From the human T2T-CHM13v2.0 reference genome, Homo sapiens, in assembly GCF_009914755.1 (NCBI RefSeq), contig NC_060940.1: a DNA stretch of 64,000 nucleotides; one strand, given 5' to 3'. Of the stretch, positions 1-14,749 are shown in pieces (positions within the stretch are counted from its first letter, which is position 1; every line of letters starts with the position of its first letter). A program made the position numbers and the translations under genes. A model generated the notes under the pieces. It made no database searches. It saw nothing but the letters and a program-made list of their open reading frames with translations, and had not been told where the DNA came from.

Positions 1-730
<730 letters not shown>

Positions 731-2122
731 GAAAATGGGCACTGAGCACTGGGTTGTTGCTCTTGAATACCTGAAAAGGGCAAGCAGCTGGGTAATGGGC
801 AGAAACTGGAAGAATCTGGAGGAGCAGGCTAGAAAAAAAACCTAGAGTCTGATGAGGGCTTCGGATACAAGAAGACTAGGGAAGGTTGGGAACTCCTTAG
901 CAAGTGGTTAGTGGTCCAGACCAGAATGCTGATATAAATATGAACAGTAAAGGTCATTCTGACAAGGTTTCAGATGGAACTGGAGGACAAGGTGCTAGAA
1001 ACTGGGGTAAAGGTCTTCCTTATTATAAATTCACGAAGAAGTGGGCTGAATGAACTGTACTTACGTTTGAGGGCTTTGTGGAAGGCCAAACTGAAAGTGA
1101 TGAATGCGGTTATTTGACAGAAGAAATTTCCCAGCAAAATACAGAAGAAGCTTCATGGTTTCTTTTTACCACTTATGAGATTTGGAAACAAAGGAACAAT
1201 TAAAAGACAGAATTTACAATTAAAAGGGAAGCAGAGCAGAAAGATTTGGAAAACTTTCAGCCTGACCATGTGAAAAGCAAAGTGTATTTGAGAGAGCAAA
1301 CCAAAGGTGTAGCCCCGCAATCTTTTGCCAAAGAAATTAGTAGGGAAAGAAGGGGATCATCAAGAGAATGGAAAAAAAAAAGTCATTTCAGAGCTCTTCA
1401 AGGCATCCCCTACCATCACAGGTCCAGAGGCCTAGGAGGGCAGATGGGTTTAGGGGATAGACCTGGGGCCCCCTCCACAGGCTCCCAGGACGCCTCAGGT
1501 CTCTCCTCCCTGAGTTTGAATGCGGTGCTCCTGGGCCACTTCAGCTGTGGCAAATGTGTCCCCAGGTGTGGCTTGACTTGTCATTTAGAGAGATACAAGC
1601 TGTAAGCCTTGAAGACTTCCATGTGATACTAATTTGCAGGCTTACAGAAAGCAAGAGCTGTGGAGGACTGACAGCTTCCACCCAGATTTCAAGGGATTTT
1701 GTCAAAAGCCTGAGGGACCCAGGCAGATACTTGTCACTAGGGTAGAGCTGTCACAGAGAGGCTTCGCTACAGCAATGCTGAGCAGAAATATGGATTTGAA
1801 GCTGCAACAGAGTCCCCAGCCGGGACCGCCACAAAGCTATCAACAACTGGGAGAGCTGGGGTTTCTGAGCCCAGCAAAACCACAGGAGTGGGGCTGTCAG
1901 AGGCACTGGAGGCACAATCCCCCCCACCGATGTAGAGAGGATACTTCATAACATTGAATCAAAGAAGATTATGCTGACATCTTAAAATCCAATGTCTACG
2001 CTCTTGAAATTTGGACTTTTGAGTTGGTGTTGGAAGGAGTTACGACTTTGGGGCTATGGGGATAGAATGAATGTATTTGTATGTGAGAAAGACTTGAGTT
2101 TCAGGGGCAGGTGGGGGTGAAA
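731..2122 (+). mobile_element. MaLR internal region (MST-int) with decayed internal ORF
   Basis: Starts 'gaaaatgggcactgag' right after the LTR; remnant peptide ENFQPDHVKSK resembles the MaLR-int ORF; ends in purine tract ggggcaggtgggggtgaa. Confidence 0.85.
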
Positions 2123-2537
2123 TGTCATAGTATAAATATTTGTCCCATCTAAAGCTCATGTTGAAATTTAACCTCTAATTGGGCAGTATTCAGAGGTGAG
2201 GCTTTTAACAGAAGATTAGATAATAAGGGTTCTGCACTCATTGATGGATTAATGGATTAGCGGGTTAGTAGATCAATGTGTTATCATGGGAGAGGTACTG
2301 GTGACTTTATAAGAAGAGAGAGATCTAGGCTAGCATGCTAGCATGATCAACCCCCTTCTGTGTGATACCTCGTGTCCCTCGGAACACTGCAGAACATCCA
2401 ACCGGCAAGAAGGCCCTGATGCATTGTGATTCCTCGACTCTGAACTTTTCAGTCTCCACAACAATAAGAAATAAACTCCTTTTCTTTATAAATTACTCAG
2501 TTTTAGGTATTCTGTTATAAACCACAGAAAACGGACA
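2123..2537 (+). mobile_element. MaLR LTR (MST family), 3' LTR
   Basis: Begins TGTCATAG, ends 'ttctgttataaaccacagaaaacggaca'; same motifs as the 5' LTR. Confidence 0.85.
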
Positions 2538-5228
2538 GGTTTCAAACACTCGGGTAGATTGAAGACTGCTCATAGAACTGGAGGTTGGTCTGAAAGTACA
2601 GAGTCAGTGGTATGATAAGCCCAAGGCAATGGCAAAACTTAGGTGCTTACAGTGGTTGTGAGACATTGCTGAGAAGTTGTGGGTCCATGGATGTGTGTAC
2701 CAGCAGAGGCCATCTGGAAATCATGAAAACAAACTTGAAAGACTTGAAGTCTGGAAAAGATAAAATTAGATGTAGGAAAAACTGGATCTTAAGAGAGCAT
2801 TGGCAATGGGAAGGCCAATAGGTAGAGATAGTTGAGATATATGAGATGAAGCTTTTGAAGAGGTAATGTCCAAAATATTGAATACTACAGGCACGGGGCA
2901 GGACTGGCCATACTATGTAGGATAATCCTTGGGTAATCTTATATCATGTATGGCTCATCCACTACAACTTACTACTAATAAAAGCATAATGTGTTATTGG
3001 TAAATGCACAAGTTCAAGTCATAAAACAAGTAAAGTATAATAGTTTATTCTCAGTATAGCCTAAATGTTTTCTTTAAATTTTATTGGTGAAATACATCAT
3101 GTATGATGGGGTTTTCAGAAACACTGTATGATTTAGATTCAGCTCTTAAACAGTGTATAGTTTGATGTATCATAGAATCTAATAAAAATGCTAAACCAGG
3201 CCATTAAATATTTATGCGCCGTTTGTATATTGCGTTGCGAAGGGACTTTAATTAGTTTGTTGCACAAGACAGAATCTGCATTTCCATAAGGGGAAGAAAT
3301 GTTAAGATGAATGTCCTAGCCAGAACTTCCCACATAGAATGTTTTCAGGTCCAATCTGGAAACTATTCAAATAGTATTACAGAAATAAGAACAAGATGAA
3401 GTAAGGGCAGAAAGTATAAAGTGAAGATTAGTCAATCAATGAGAGCACGTTATATTGTAATTAAAGCTGATTTGATGAAATGTAAATTACAGAGAATGCT
3501 GAGGATATTCTCTGCTCTGATAAACTTTCTCTTTAGTTGAGGGTACATCAGAAAACTCATTTTGTTGCCTTACTCGTGACACTTTAGGCACATTCTTATG
3601 ATTTTAATTAATCCAATATCATCTTGCAATGTCTCAGGAGGGATGCCAGGGGAATAGGAATTAACGTTAGAGTAACAGAGGGCTAGTCTTGAGGAAATCA
3701 AACTCTCCCACATCTCAGCTGTGCAAACTTGTGAAGGTTATTCTCTGAGTCATATTAGTTTTAATTTATTGATTAGAAATATTAATAGTTTTTACAGAGC
3801 CTTTGTGAGAAGTATAAATTAAAGAAATTATGATTTAATTAATAATCATAGTTCTCAGTCCATAATAGATGCTTAGCCAATGTTTTTCTTTCCATTCTTG
3901 TCTCAGGCTCATTATTCTGCATATGCTTTTATTCCTCTATCCACATTTTCAATTAACACATTTTTCTGAGTCTACCTGTTAGTCTCAACTCAGTTGAGTT
4001 GAGTCACAGTTCTACCTGTTAGTCTCAGTTCTCATTGCCACATTTTAAAATTAGATACTTAACAAAATCAGCTTACTGCAGGGTTCCCTGAGGGAAAATC
4101 AGTCACCACTCAAACTCTTCCAACTCATGTGTCTCTATTGATTGTTCTAAATTACTAATTCCATATTGAATTTTAGTTCTTTGGCTATTGTTCAAAGTCC
4201 TCATCTGTATGTATTTAAGTTTATATCTCACTATTTCCAGCATGATGTCTTTGCTCTAGATGATAGCCAATAGCTATGCAAGCAGTCTGTACATTACAGC
4301 CATCACCTGTAACTAATTTTGTCACTGTTTTGGCCCCAAGTAAAGTAACTCTAAGCTCATTTTTCTTGAGCCAGTTATTTGACCTCTCTATGACTCAGTA
4401 TTCTAATCTATCAAATGGGAACACGAAACACTGTCTACCACATAAAGTAATGCTCAACATGTGTCTGTTGTTGTTTTAGAATTGTTATGAAACTGCACAC
4501 AGAACAGCAATTTCCCTAGGAATTTTCCTATGTTGTTTTACAACGATCTCACTTCTTTGAACCCAGTAACACTTGACGCTAATCCTATTATGTTGTAGGT
4601 CTTTAATTCACCTGGCTTTTGTGTACATATTTACCTCTAAATAAACAAGCAAAAAATACATTATTTAGTGGCATGGCTGAGTTATAGTTATTTTTGTATC
4701 TTCAGTAGAATTGTGGGTATAGTGACGTGGAAAATGAATAAAAATTAGCTGTTATAGAAACCTAACAATAAATAAATAAATAAATACAGCTTTAGTTGTT
4801 TTTGTTGTTGTTATTTTATATTGAGTTTGATTTTGTTCGTATTAAAATAATATAATTTCTGATTTTAGTTTCTTATCCCTTCTCGGGGAATTCTCATATT
4901 TCCCATTCTCTCCCCAAAACATAAGTGCTATGGAAAGGGAACTTTTGATAAGAAAAGCCATTAATTCATTTATGTAGAATTTGACTTAAATTCTAATATT
5001 TTGATCAAATTTTGCAGTGTCTAAACGGTAATTTACAATTGGTGGTTGAGCAATGAATGTTTCTCAAATGCGTTTTTCTCCTCCTTGTTTTGGCTTTTCT
5101 TCAAGCACACTTTTCTACAGAGCTTTCTATCTTTTTTTCACCCATCCTTTCAACTATATTATACTATCCCATGGAGCTCAGAAGCCAATCACCCAGCATT
5201 ATTTGTGTAACTTTCATTAATGGTAATT

Positions 5229-5648
5229 TGCTTAGTCCCTGCAGGCTGTTATGATAAAATACCTTAAACTGGGTAATTTATTAACAACAGAAATTCATTG
5301 TTTGAATTAGGCCTCAAAAAATTTATTATTTGAGCTTGGACTTCCCAGCTCCCAGTTCTGGAGCTGGGAAGTCAGAGATCAAGTTGCCAGCAGATTTAGT
5401 GTCTGGTGACGATTCTCTGCTTTACAGATGACACCTTCAATGGGTCCTTACCTGGCAGAAGGAACAAACAAACTCCCTTATGCCTCTTTTATAAGGGCAC
5501 AGATCCCTTTCATGATGGTTGCCCTTGTGAATGGGATTGGCACCTTTTAAGAGTCACTTTCCAGAAATCCCACCTCTTAATACCAACATATTCGTGATTA
5601 GAATTCATATACAAATTTGAATGGGACACAATCATTCAGACCATAGCA
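5229..5648 (-). mobile_element. Solo MaLR LTR (MLT1A/MSTD-like)
   Basis: 'tgcttagtcc...aaaataccttaaactgggtaattta' and 'cattcagaccatagca' termini. Confidence 0.8.
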
Positions 5649-6276
5649 TTAACAAATTAGAGAAACATAGATCACCAAGTTCAGATATATATTTAATATG
5701 AAATTGGTGTTAAAACTGTAGGTGGTACTAATTAATTACTAATGCTGTACAGTTATTCAAGTCTTTTTATTCCCATCATTAATGACTAAAATCAGAAGCA
5801 AAGAGTTCAGATTTCAATAAAGAATAAAAATCATATTTAAAATAAAATAACAATTTAAAAAGCCAATTAGTAAAACACTGGGCATAACATCAAATTTTAA
5901 TAGTCTTAAAAGCTATCATTGCTATTTGGTAAAGAAACTCACACTGAATGTCTAGTACAAAAAAGAAGACAGAATATTATAATCTCATGGAATTCTCAAA
6001 TATGAAAATAAGAACTATGCTAGAAAATAGAATAAGAAATTCTACATTAAATGGAGATGGATATCCCAAGGAAAAATATAAACATTTTATTCTCTTTGAC
6101 AATCTATTCTTTTCTGAGGGCTTATCCATATGGCAAGGTGAAAAGGAAACTGGATTAGTTATTTAGGTAATGCAGAAAAAAACAAAAAATGGTAGGAGCA
6201 TTGCTTTTATTCTAAATAATTTCCAATATATAATTCTGACAATAGTATCTTCTGGCACATAGTAGGTGCTAGATAT

Positions 6277-6375
6277 CTTTCTTTCTCTCTTTCTTTCTTT
6301 CCTTCCTTCCTTCCTTCCCTCCCTCCCTCTTTTTCTTTCTTTCTTTTTTCTTCTTTCCTTCTTTCCTTCTTTCTT
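6277..6375. repeat. TC-rich (TTTC/TTCC) simple repeat
   Basis: Direct inspection. Confidence 0.9.
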
Positions 6376-7105
6376 GTCTAATATTTTTCTCCTGCAGTAA
6401 AGTTACTTATGATTTGTAAAATTATAACAAAACTCAAGTAGCATTAACTCAAATAGGTTCTACCAGAGTAACGACATCATAGCGGCTCTCTATTGTTATA
6501 TTATAGAAGGTTTTAAAGATTAACATTAATATGATCTCATGGTTGAGTAAACAGAGACACACTAAAAACTGACAATTTTCCAGGTTCTATTTACTCTATT
6601 TCATAATGTGGGCTTAACATTTTCTACACTACTCAGCTATGAAGTACTCACGCATATTTGATGGGAGAAAATTATCTTTATAAAGAGTTATATTCATGAT
6701 TTTATTTTGTTTAGTGGAAGTGGAGGTTCGTAGATGAAAGATTTGGGTGTACAGAGCTAAGAGCTGAGGATTATATATAGTCATATGGTCATAGTGGATA
6801 ATATATGATGTGCCAGGACATAAATAACTTCTAATATGAGGACTGATCATAGGCAGTGGGCTATGAAACTATTTCAGCAGGACAGAACATATGTGCATAT
6901 ATCTTTAGTGAAACCTGAATTAGATTGGATATCATACCTGTTTTTCAGAAAATGTCAGTAACTTATCATAGTATTAAAGCACAATAAATTACATAATGGG
7001 GAAAACATTATAGCCTGTTTAAGAACTATAACATTGTCTCTATCCCCAACCACAGTTTATCTCAGCTTTCTGGTTATTGGCAAAATATTTACCTTTGTTG
7101 TCTGA

Positions 7106-7444
<339 letters not shown>

Positions 7445-8347
7445 AAAGGGAGATATTTTTATGACAGGAATTTGACCATGGACTTTGAGGTCAGAATGAC
7501 TGCGACATTAATAAGGCAGGTCATGAATAACTTACTTAACTTCTTTAAGAGTCATTTAACTTACTTGTGAAATATAAAAAAAAAAAATCACCCTTATTAG
7601 GAAGTAGTGATGATTAAGTGACATAATGTTTGCAAAATATTGTCATTCTTTTTGTGCTTTTTGCAATACATTTGCCATAGTGTATTGTAATTATTGATTT
7701 ACTTATCTTTTTCATCTGGACTTATAGCCCTTTGAAGAAAGAAATTGTATTTTTTTCCCACTTAATGTCTAGAGCAATACCACATATGCACAGCAGGCAT
7801 TCAATATATGTTCATAAATAAATGGAAGTGGTGTGCATGCCATTGACTATCGGACAATAATTTTCCAATATTCCCTTAAGTTAAATTTCTCCACTCACAT
7901 GTTTTATAACTTTGAATAAACAATTTTGCTAAACATGTAAAATGAGTAGGAAAGTACCATTAAGTAATATAAAAGTGATAGAGATTGGAGTTTTCATCAG
8001 CTCCATATCTGGAGCTTAGGTGCATTTTTAGACCCAAATCCTTACCTTCCTCTGAATGTGTTCTCTTCTCCTCTCTGTTGGACATGTATCAACTGCTGCC
8101 CCATATTCACTTCCAACCCATCTCAACCCCTTTTGGGAGTATATCATAATTATTTCTTGACCTCTGACTTCCAGGTCAGCGGAGGCACCAGCAGTAGATC
8201 TTAGATAGAAGGAGAGATGTCGAGATATATATTCCCTCACTTATTTCCTTCTGGGTTTTGTGGTTCTTCACTGACCCTCTTTTCTATCCATCCAACTACC
8301 TCTCCAAATTCCTTTAACTGGCTCCTCTGCTTTTCCCCTTCTTAAAA

Positions 8348-9115
8348 AATTTTTTTTTTGATTTAAGGGGTACATGTGCAGGTTTGTTACATGGATATAT
8401 TGCATAATGGTGGGATTTGGGCTTCTAGTGCACCGTTCACCCAAGTAGTGACCATTCTAATCAATAGGCAATTTTTTTTAAATCTTCATCCTCCTCCCAA
8501 CCTTCCCCATTTTGGAGTCCCCAGTGTCTATTGTTTTCATCTTTATGTCCTTTGTGCCCATTGTTTAGCTCCCACTTATAAGTGGAATCATAGTATTTGA
8601 TTTTCTGTTTGAGTTATTTCACTTAGGATAATGGCCTTCAGCTCCATCCATGTTGTTGCAAAGGACATGATTTTGTTCTTTTGTTATGGCTGCGTAGTAT
8701 TTCATGCTGTATATATACAACATTTTCTTTATTTAATCACCTGTCGATGGACACATAGCATGATTCCATGACTTTGCTGTTGTGAATGGTACTTGAATAA
8801 ACATATGAGTTCAGATGATTTTTAATATAATACTTTCTTTTTGGGGTGATAGATACCCAGTACTGGAATTTCTGGGTCAAATGCTAATTCTACTTTTAGT
8901 TCTGTGAGAAATTTCAACACTGTTGTCTGTAGAGGTTGTACTAATTTACATACCTACCAACAGGGTGTAAGTGTTCCCTTTTCTCTGCATTCATGCCAAC
9001 ATCCGTTGTTTTTTGACTTTTTAGTAATAGCCATTCTGACTGATGTAAGATGATATCTTATTGTGGTCTTGATTTGTATTTCTTGGATAATTAGTAATGT
9101 TGAGCATTTTTTTCC
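8348..9115 (-). mobile_element. L1 3' end (L1PB/L1MA-type), 5'-truncated
   Basis: Poly-T then 'ggggtacatgtgcaggtttgttacatgg' 3'UTR; ORF2 C-terminal remnant (IQIKTTIRYHLTSVRMA). Confidence 0.9.
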
Positions 9116-10560
9116 TTTTATACAAGTAAGTGGCAAAACTTTGTGCTCTCTACTGTACGTAATCCAGTGGTACAGCCCTATTCATTGTTGCTCTTCTAAG
9201 TCCATCCAGAATTTATAGATACCTCCTTTATTGAACTCCTTAAAATTACTCAGTTCCACATGTAAAACCATAAAGATAATTGTAATTAATAATTGTAGAG
9301 GTGTGTTTTTTGGGGGTTAAAAAGATTATTTATATGAAGTGTTTATCATAGTAATCTAATGTGGAAAAAATGAGTTAAGGCATATAGAACACTTAGAGCT
9401 TGACTGACATGTAGTACAAGCTAAAAAATGCTTCAAGATGTTGCAATTGTTATGATCAATGTATTACACATATTATTTTCATCTCTGATATTTTATAGCT
9501 TTCTCTATCTCTTGTCTCAATTTGCAAATTCCCTGAAGAAAGTGTTCATGCCTGCGTTATTCTTCTATCACTACTGCTTATCATAAGGTGGGGCAAAAGG
9601 AACACTCAACATTTTTTTTGAAAAGCCTAAATGAATAAATTATTCACAATACATTTTTGAAGAAAGAGCAAAATGTTTAGTTATTATGCTTAATTTAGTA
9701 TTAATGATCAATTCTTTAAATTTATTATCTCTATTTCTGTAGAAATAAGCTACATCTTTGGAGAATATAACTATGGTTACAGTCAAGCATCTGGAACCTT
9801 ACTGAGAAATGAAATGATTAGGATGATTATGTTCTTAACAAGCTTATACAACATCTGCTAATGTGAACTTGAGCTATGGGGCAGGTAAAACCTTACACAA
9901 TATTCCATTATGAGTAACAAGGCATCTTTCAAATTTAAGTATTTATAGATTTTTCTTAAGAACTAAATTTTTTGTTTGTGAAATTGCATTTGAAACAGAC
10001 TTCCTTATTTTAACGGTGTTTGCCTGTCACAATTTAACACCCTAAGAAATCTTCAAAACTTATTTTGAATTGCAATGCATTTATTAGGATGTCTACAGAA
10101 TAAATACTTGAATAAATATTTCCCAGATGCTTAAACATGTAAGTTAAGAGCCTCAGTTAATGACTCAGAAATCACTGTTCAATTCTCAGGATATGTATTT
10201 GTTGGAATTTCAGGCTCTGTATTTAGCCTATATAAGTTATAGCTTCAATAAGTGACCTTATAAGTTAGAACTAATGCAACCAATTAATCATTATTGTTAT
10301 GAAATTGATGAAAACAGTATATGAAAATACCCTGCATATATCCTATTATATAGAACACACTGAATTTTTAATTTACTATTCTTTTTATCTTCATTTTCTT
10401 AATAATTTAAAATAACTTAAACATAAGCCAACTTAATAGCAACAAAAAATAAAGAAATACAACAAAATAAATGAACACAAACAAAACAAACATAGAGACC
10501 AGATTATAGACCCTAAGGGGTTCTGTGGATCAAATTTTATTTATTTATATGCAGAGATAT

Positions 10561-12979
10561 TGCTATGGGCTGAAAGTTAGTGTCCCTCCAAAACTCATAT
10601 GTTTACATCTAGTCCCCAAGGTGATAGCATTAGGAGATGGGAACTTTGGGAAGGTGATTAGGTAATGAGGGCAGAGTTCTCACTAATGGGATTTGTGGCC
10701 TTGTAAAATAGGCCCAAGGGAGCTGATTCAGCCCTTCCATCATGTGAGGATGCTGCTAGAGTGCACGATCTATGAACCAGAATGTGCGCTTTTCTAGATA
10801 CCCTATCTCCTGATCTGTTTTGATTGTGGACTACTCCAGCATCCAGAATTGTGAGAAACACATTTCTGTTGTTTATTTGATGGTATTCTGTTATATAGCA
10901 ACCAAAACATACTAAACAGAAAATTGGTATTGAGAAGTAGGGGTGCTGCTGTAATAATTAAGTCTAAAAATGTGGAAGCAGCTTTGGAGCTGGAAAATGG
11001 GTGGAAGACTTGAAGGGTTTGGAGTTTCATGCTAGAAAATCTCTGTATTTCTATAAACAGGCTGTTAAGAATAATTCTGGTGAGGCCCAGCAAGACAAAA
11101 GGATAGCTGTAGAGAAAGCCTCAATCTTCTTAGAGAATACCTAAGTGGTTGTGAACAGAAGTTTGGTAGAAATATGTAGAGTAAGACCACTCTGATGAGG
11201 TCTCAGGGAGAAATGAAGAACATGTTATTGGAAACTGGAGAAAAAGTGATATTTGTTATAAAGTGGCAGAGAACTTGACTGAATTGTGACTTAGTGCTTT
11301 ATGAAAAGTACAACTTGTGAGCTATGAAATAGGATATTTGGCTGAATATATTTCTAAGCTAAGTGTCGAAGTTGTAGCTTGGCTTCTCTTGAGTGCTTAT
11401 GATAAAATGTGAGCAGAAAGAATTCAATGACAGAATTTTTAATCATAAGGGTAGCAGAACTTAAAAATTTGGAAACTTGTCTGCCTATTCATATTGAAAA
11501 GAATAAGAAAGTGTGTTTAGGAAATAATGTCAATGGTATAGCTAAGCGACCATCTGATAAGAAAATTATTCAGCCTGCTAAACAGCAGTCAAAACCTATT
11601 GTCCCAAATAGTGAAAATATGACACAAAAGTATTTCAGGAATTATCAGGCCTGCCCTTCCCATCACAGACCTAAAATGTCTTGTCCTTGGGGACAGAATG
11701 GTTTCAAAGGAGTAGCTGTGTATGACCCCACAACCTCAGTACTCATTTCCTGGTGCCTCCTCAAGGATGTGCTCTCCATACTCTAACACAACATTCTCTG
11801 GTTGCTTAAGGTTCAGCTCCAGCAGGCCATGGTGGCTGTTTCTGAAGAGGACACAGGTGGTAAACCTCAGTGGTGTCTTTGCAGTACCATCTCTGCCAGC
11901 TCGCAGAATGCACAAGCTGTGGAAATGTGGTCACCTCTACCTAGATTTCAAAGGATAAAGCCACTCAGAACTACTATTATGCAACTCAAGCAGAGAGGCA
12001 CCACAATGATGGGGCCACTAGAAAATTCCCACCAGGACAATGCCTCACGGAGCTATGGGAACAGGACTGTTCCTACAAACTTATACTGATACAACCACCA
12101 GTCTTGGAGAGCTATAGACACATGACTGTAAGCTGTGAGAGCTGTGGCATGGGCTGCACTCAGTAAAGCAGTGAGGGTGGCCTTCCAGAATCTTGAGGGC
12201 TCCATCCCTGCTCCAGTATTTCCAGGAGGTGGAACGCTGAGTCAAAGATTACTCTCACATCTTAAGATTTAATATTGTTTGACCTGTGAGTTTCAGACTT
12301 ACTTGGGATATGTTAACCATTTATTCTTTCTTATTTCTTCTTTTTAGAGTGGGAATGTCTGTCGTATGCCTTTCTCACCATTGTATTTTGGAAGTGCTTC
12401 ACTTGTTTGATTTCACAGTTTATGGGTGAATAGAAATTTGCCAATATGAATTATACCATGAGTCTTACACAGCTGATTTAGATTATATTTATATGAGACT
12501 TTGAAACTAGACTTTAAAGTTGATGCTGGAACTAGTTAAGACTGTGAGGGTTATTAGGATGGAACGAATATATTTTGCATGCAAGTAAGATATTAATTTT
12601 GGAGAGCAAGGCGTAGAAAGCTGTGGTCTGAATGTTCGTGCCTCCTCATAATCATACGTTAAAACCTAAACCCAAGGTGATAGTATTAGGAGGTGAGGAT
12701 TTTGGGGAAATGATCAGATCATGAGGTCTCATTAACAGAATGAATCACCTTTTATAGAGACTCCAAAGAGCTTCCTCATTCCTTCTGCTGTGTGAAGAAG
12801 ACACAGCAAAAGGATGGCCATCTATGAACCAGAAAATGGAATCTCACCAGCTACCAAATCCACCAGCTCCTTCATCTTAGGCTTTCCAACCATGAGAATT
12901 GTGTAAAAATACATTTCTCTGGTTTATGAGCTATCTAGTCTATGATACTTTTTTCTAGCAGGCTTAAAGGATTAAGGTA
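10561..12979 (+). mobile_element. Full-length MaLR provirus (MLT1A-type): LTR 10561-10918, internal 10919-12618, LTR 12619-12979
   Basis: LTR starts TGCTATGG; internal starts 'gaaaattggtattgagaagtagggg'; decayed internal ORF remnant (ELKNLETCLPIHIEKNKK); second homologous LTR. Confidence 0.88.
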
Positions 12980-13721
12980 TCTTTTTATTTTTTCTAATTT
13001 TATTTATTCTGTCTCCTTTGAGGGAAAATAGGTCAATAAGAAGAAGAACTTGTTTCTAGATCAGTCATTATTTCCTGAGTGACTATGGCTGAACTACCGC
13101 TATAGCCTTCAGTTTCCTCATTCACATAAAATGACTTGAAATTGATAATCTCATTAAATTATATGAGTCTCTTCAATTTCAGTAGCTCTCTTGGTTTAAC
13201 AATGTACTTATTTATTTTTGTCCACTAAATGTACTACTTATTTTTAGTAAGTGACCCAGTGTGCAAAAGGCCACGTGGATGAGTAACTGCTTAAGGCTCA
13301 GGAATCTCAGCTTTGGTCATAGCTCTGCCATCAATTTTCTGAAGACTTTTGCTTGATTTCTGTAAACCTAGATTTTCTCATATATAACATAAAAGCATAA
13401 GGAAACAAAAATTTCTGGTTCCTACCCACTACTTTTTTTCTCTGTAACAAACTACAACATTTTATAAATTTGTATTTCCTCAAAATATATTATTTCTGCT
13501 ATTTACAAAAAGAAGGCTTTCTCTTAAATTTTCCTCAGTAATCTGCAGTGTTAAAAACACATTTCAAAAGTTAATGCATGTTATCATATCAATCAACTAA
13601 AGGTCATAAATTCATACACTTGTCTACTACAACTCTTTCATTCAAAGCTCAAATTTTTCCAATGACATTTTAAATATTTTCTTTGAGTAATAGTGGAAAA
13701 TGTCTAATTAATCTTTATGCA

Positions 13722-13938
13722 TTTTATTAATAGGCTTTACTTTGTAGAGCACTTTTAAGTTCACAGAAAAATTGAGTGAAAGATACAGAGACTTTCCATG
13801 TATCCTTGCCCCTCACTCAACAAACACAATGTCCCCATTATCAACATCTCCCACCAAAATGACGCGTTTGTTACAATCAATGAACCTGCATTGACAGATC
13901 ATTATAACCCAGAGTCCATAGTTTGCATTAGGGTGACT
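13722..13938 (-). mobile_element. L1MC-type 3' end fragment
   Basis: 'tagagcacttttaagttcacagaaaaattgagtg...aatgaacctgcattgacagatcattataacccagagtccatagttt' L1MC1/2-like terminus. Confidence 0.75.
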
Positions 13939-14035
13939 TTTCAAAAACTCAATTAAATTTTGGCTCAAAGACATAGGACAAAAGGAAGTCCGATTATCTA
14001 GAAAAGTTTCGAACAGATTCAAGAATTCACAGGGG

Positions 14036-14324
14036 TTTTTTTTTTTTTTTTTTGAAAGTTTATTTTGTCAAGGTTGAGAATGCACCTGAGACAGCCTCAG
14101 GTAGTCCTGATGACATGTGCCCACGGTGGTCAGGGCACAGCTTGGTTTTATACATTTTAGGGAGACATGAGACGTCAATCAATACATGTAAGAAGTACAC
14201 TGGTTCGATCTGGAAAGGTGGGACAACTCGAAGCAAAGGTAGAAGGACTGGAAGTGGGGAGGGAGCTTCCAGGTCACAGATTGGTGATACACAACTGGTT
14301 ACTTTCTTTTGAGTTTCTGATTAG
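14036..14324 (-). mobile_element. ERV1 LTR fragment (MER4A-like) with poly(A) tail and TSD
   Basis: 'cagcctcaggtagtcctgatgacatgtgccc...cttggttttatacattttagggagacatgagac' MER4-group motif; T18 at 14036-14053; direct repeat tcacaggggtt at 14027-14037 and 14325-14335. Confidence 0.8.
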
Positions 14325-14749
14325 TCACAGGGGTTATTTTTTAGTAAACTGAATATATTTTCTCTTCTATTATCCTGCCATTTCCCAACCCAAATAATAA
14401 TAAATCTCCACAATGACAACATAAAGGCATCTTTCATATATACATAGATTCAATTTTGAACATTTACTAAAGAATTATAGATGAGATTTCAGGTAAATTA
14501 TTTTTATTTTTCAGATGACAAAAGTAAACTGAGACATTATTTGCTATATACTAGAGATGATTAAGGATGTTCCTCTCCTAGAAACTGAAACCTAACAAAT
14601 AAAATGCTTATTAAAATTGCTATGGAGTTATAAAAATGAAATATATTTGCTCCACTTAGGCAAAAATAGAGCTACTTAACTAATGCATTCTTAATGATCA
14701 TATATGGCTGTGAAGGTAATTTTCTATTTCTGAATAATCCTCTTTATTT

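Noticed and set aside
1246-1951. Overlapping ORFs here and at 11409-12089
   Set aside because: Frameshifted remnants of the MaLR internal ORF.
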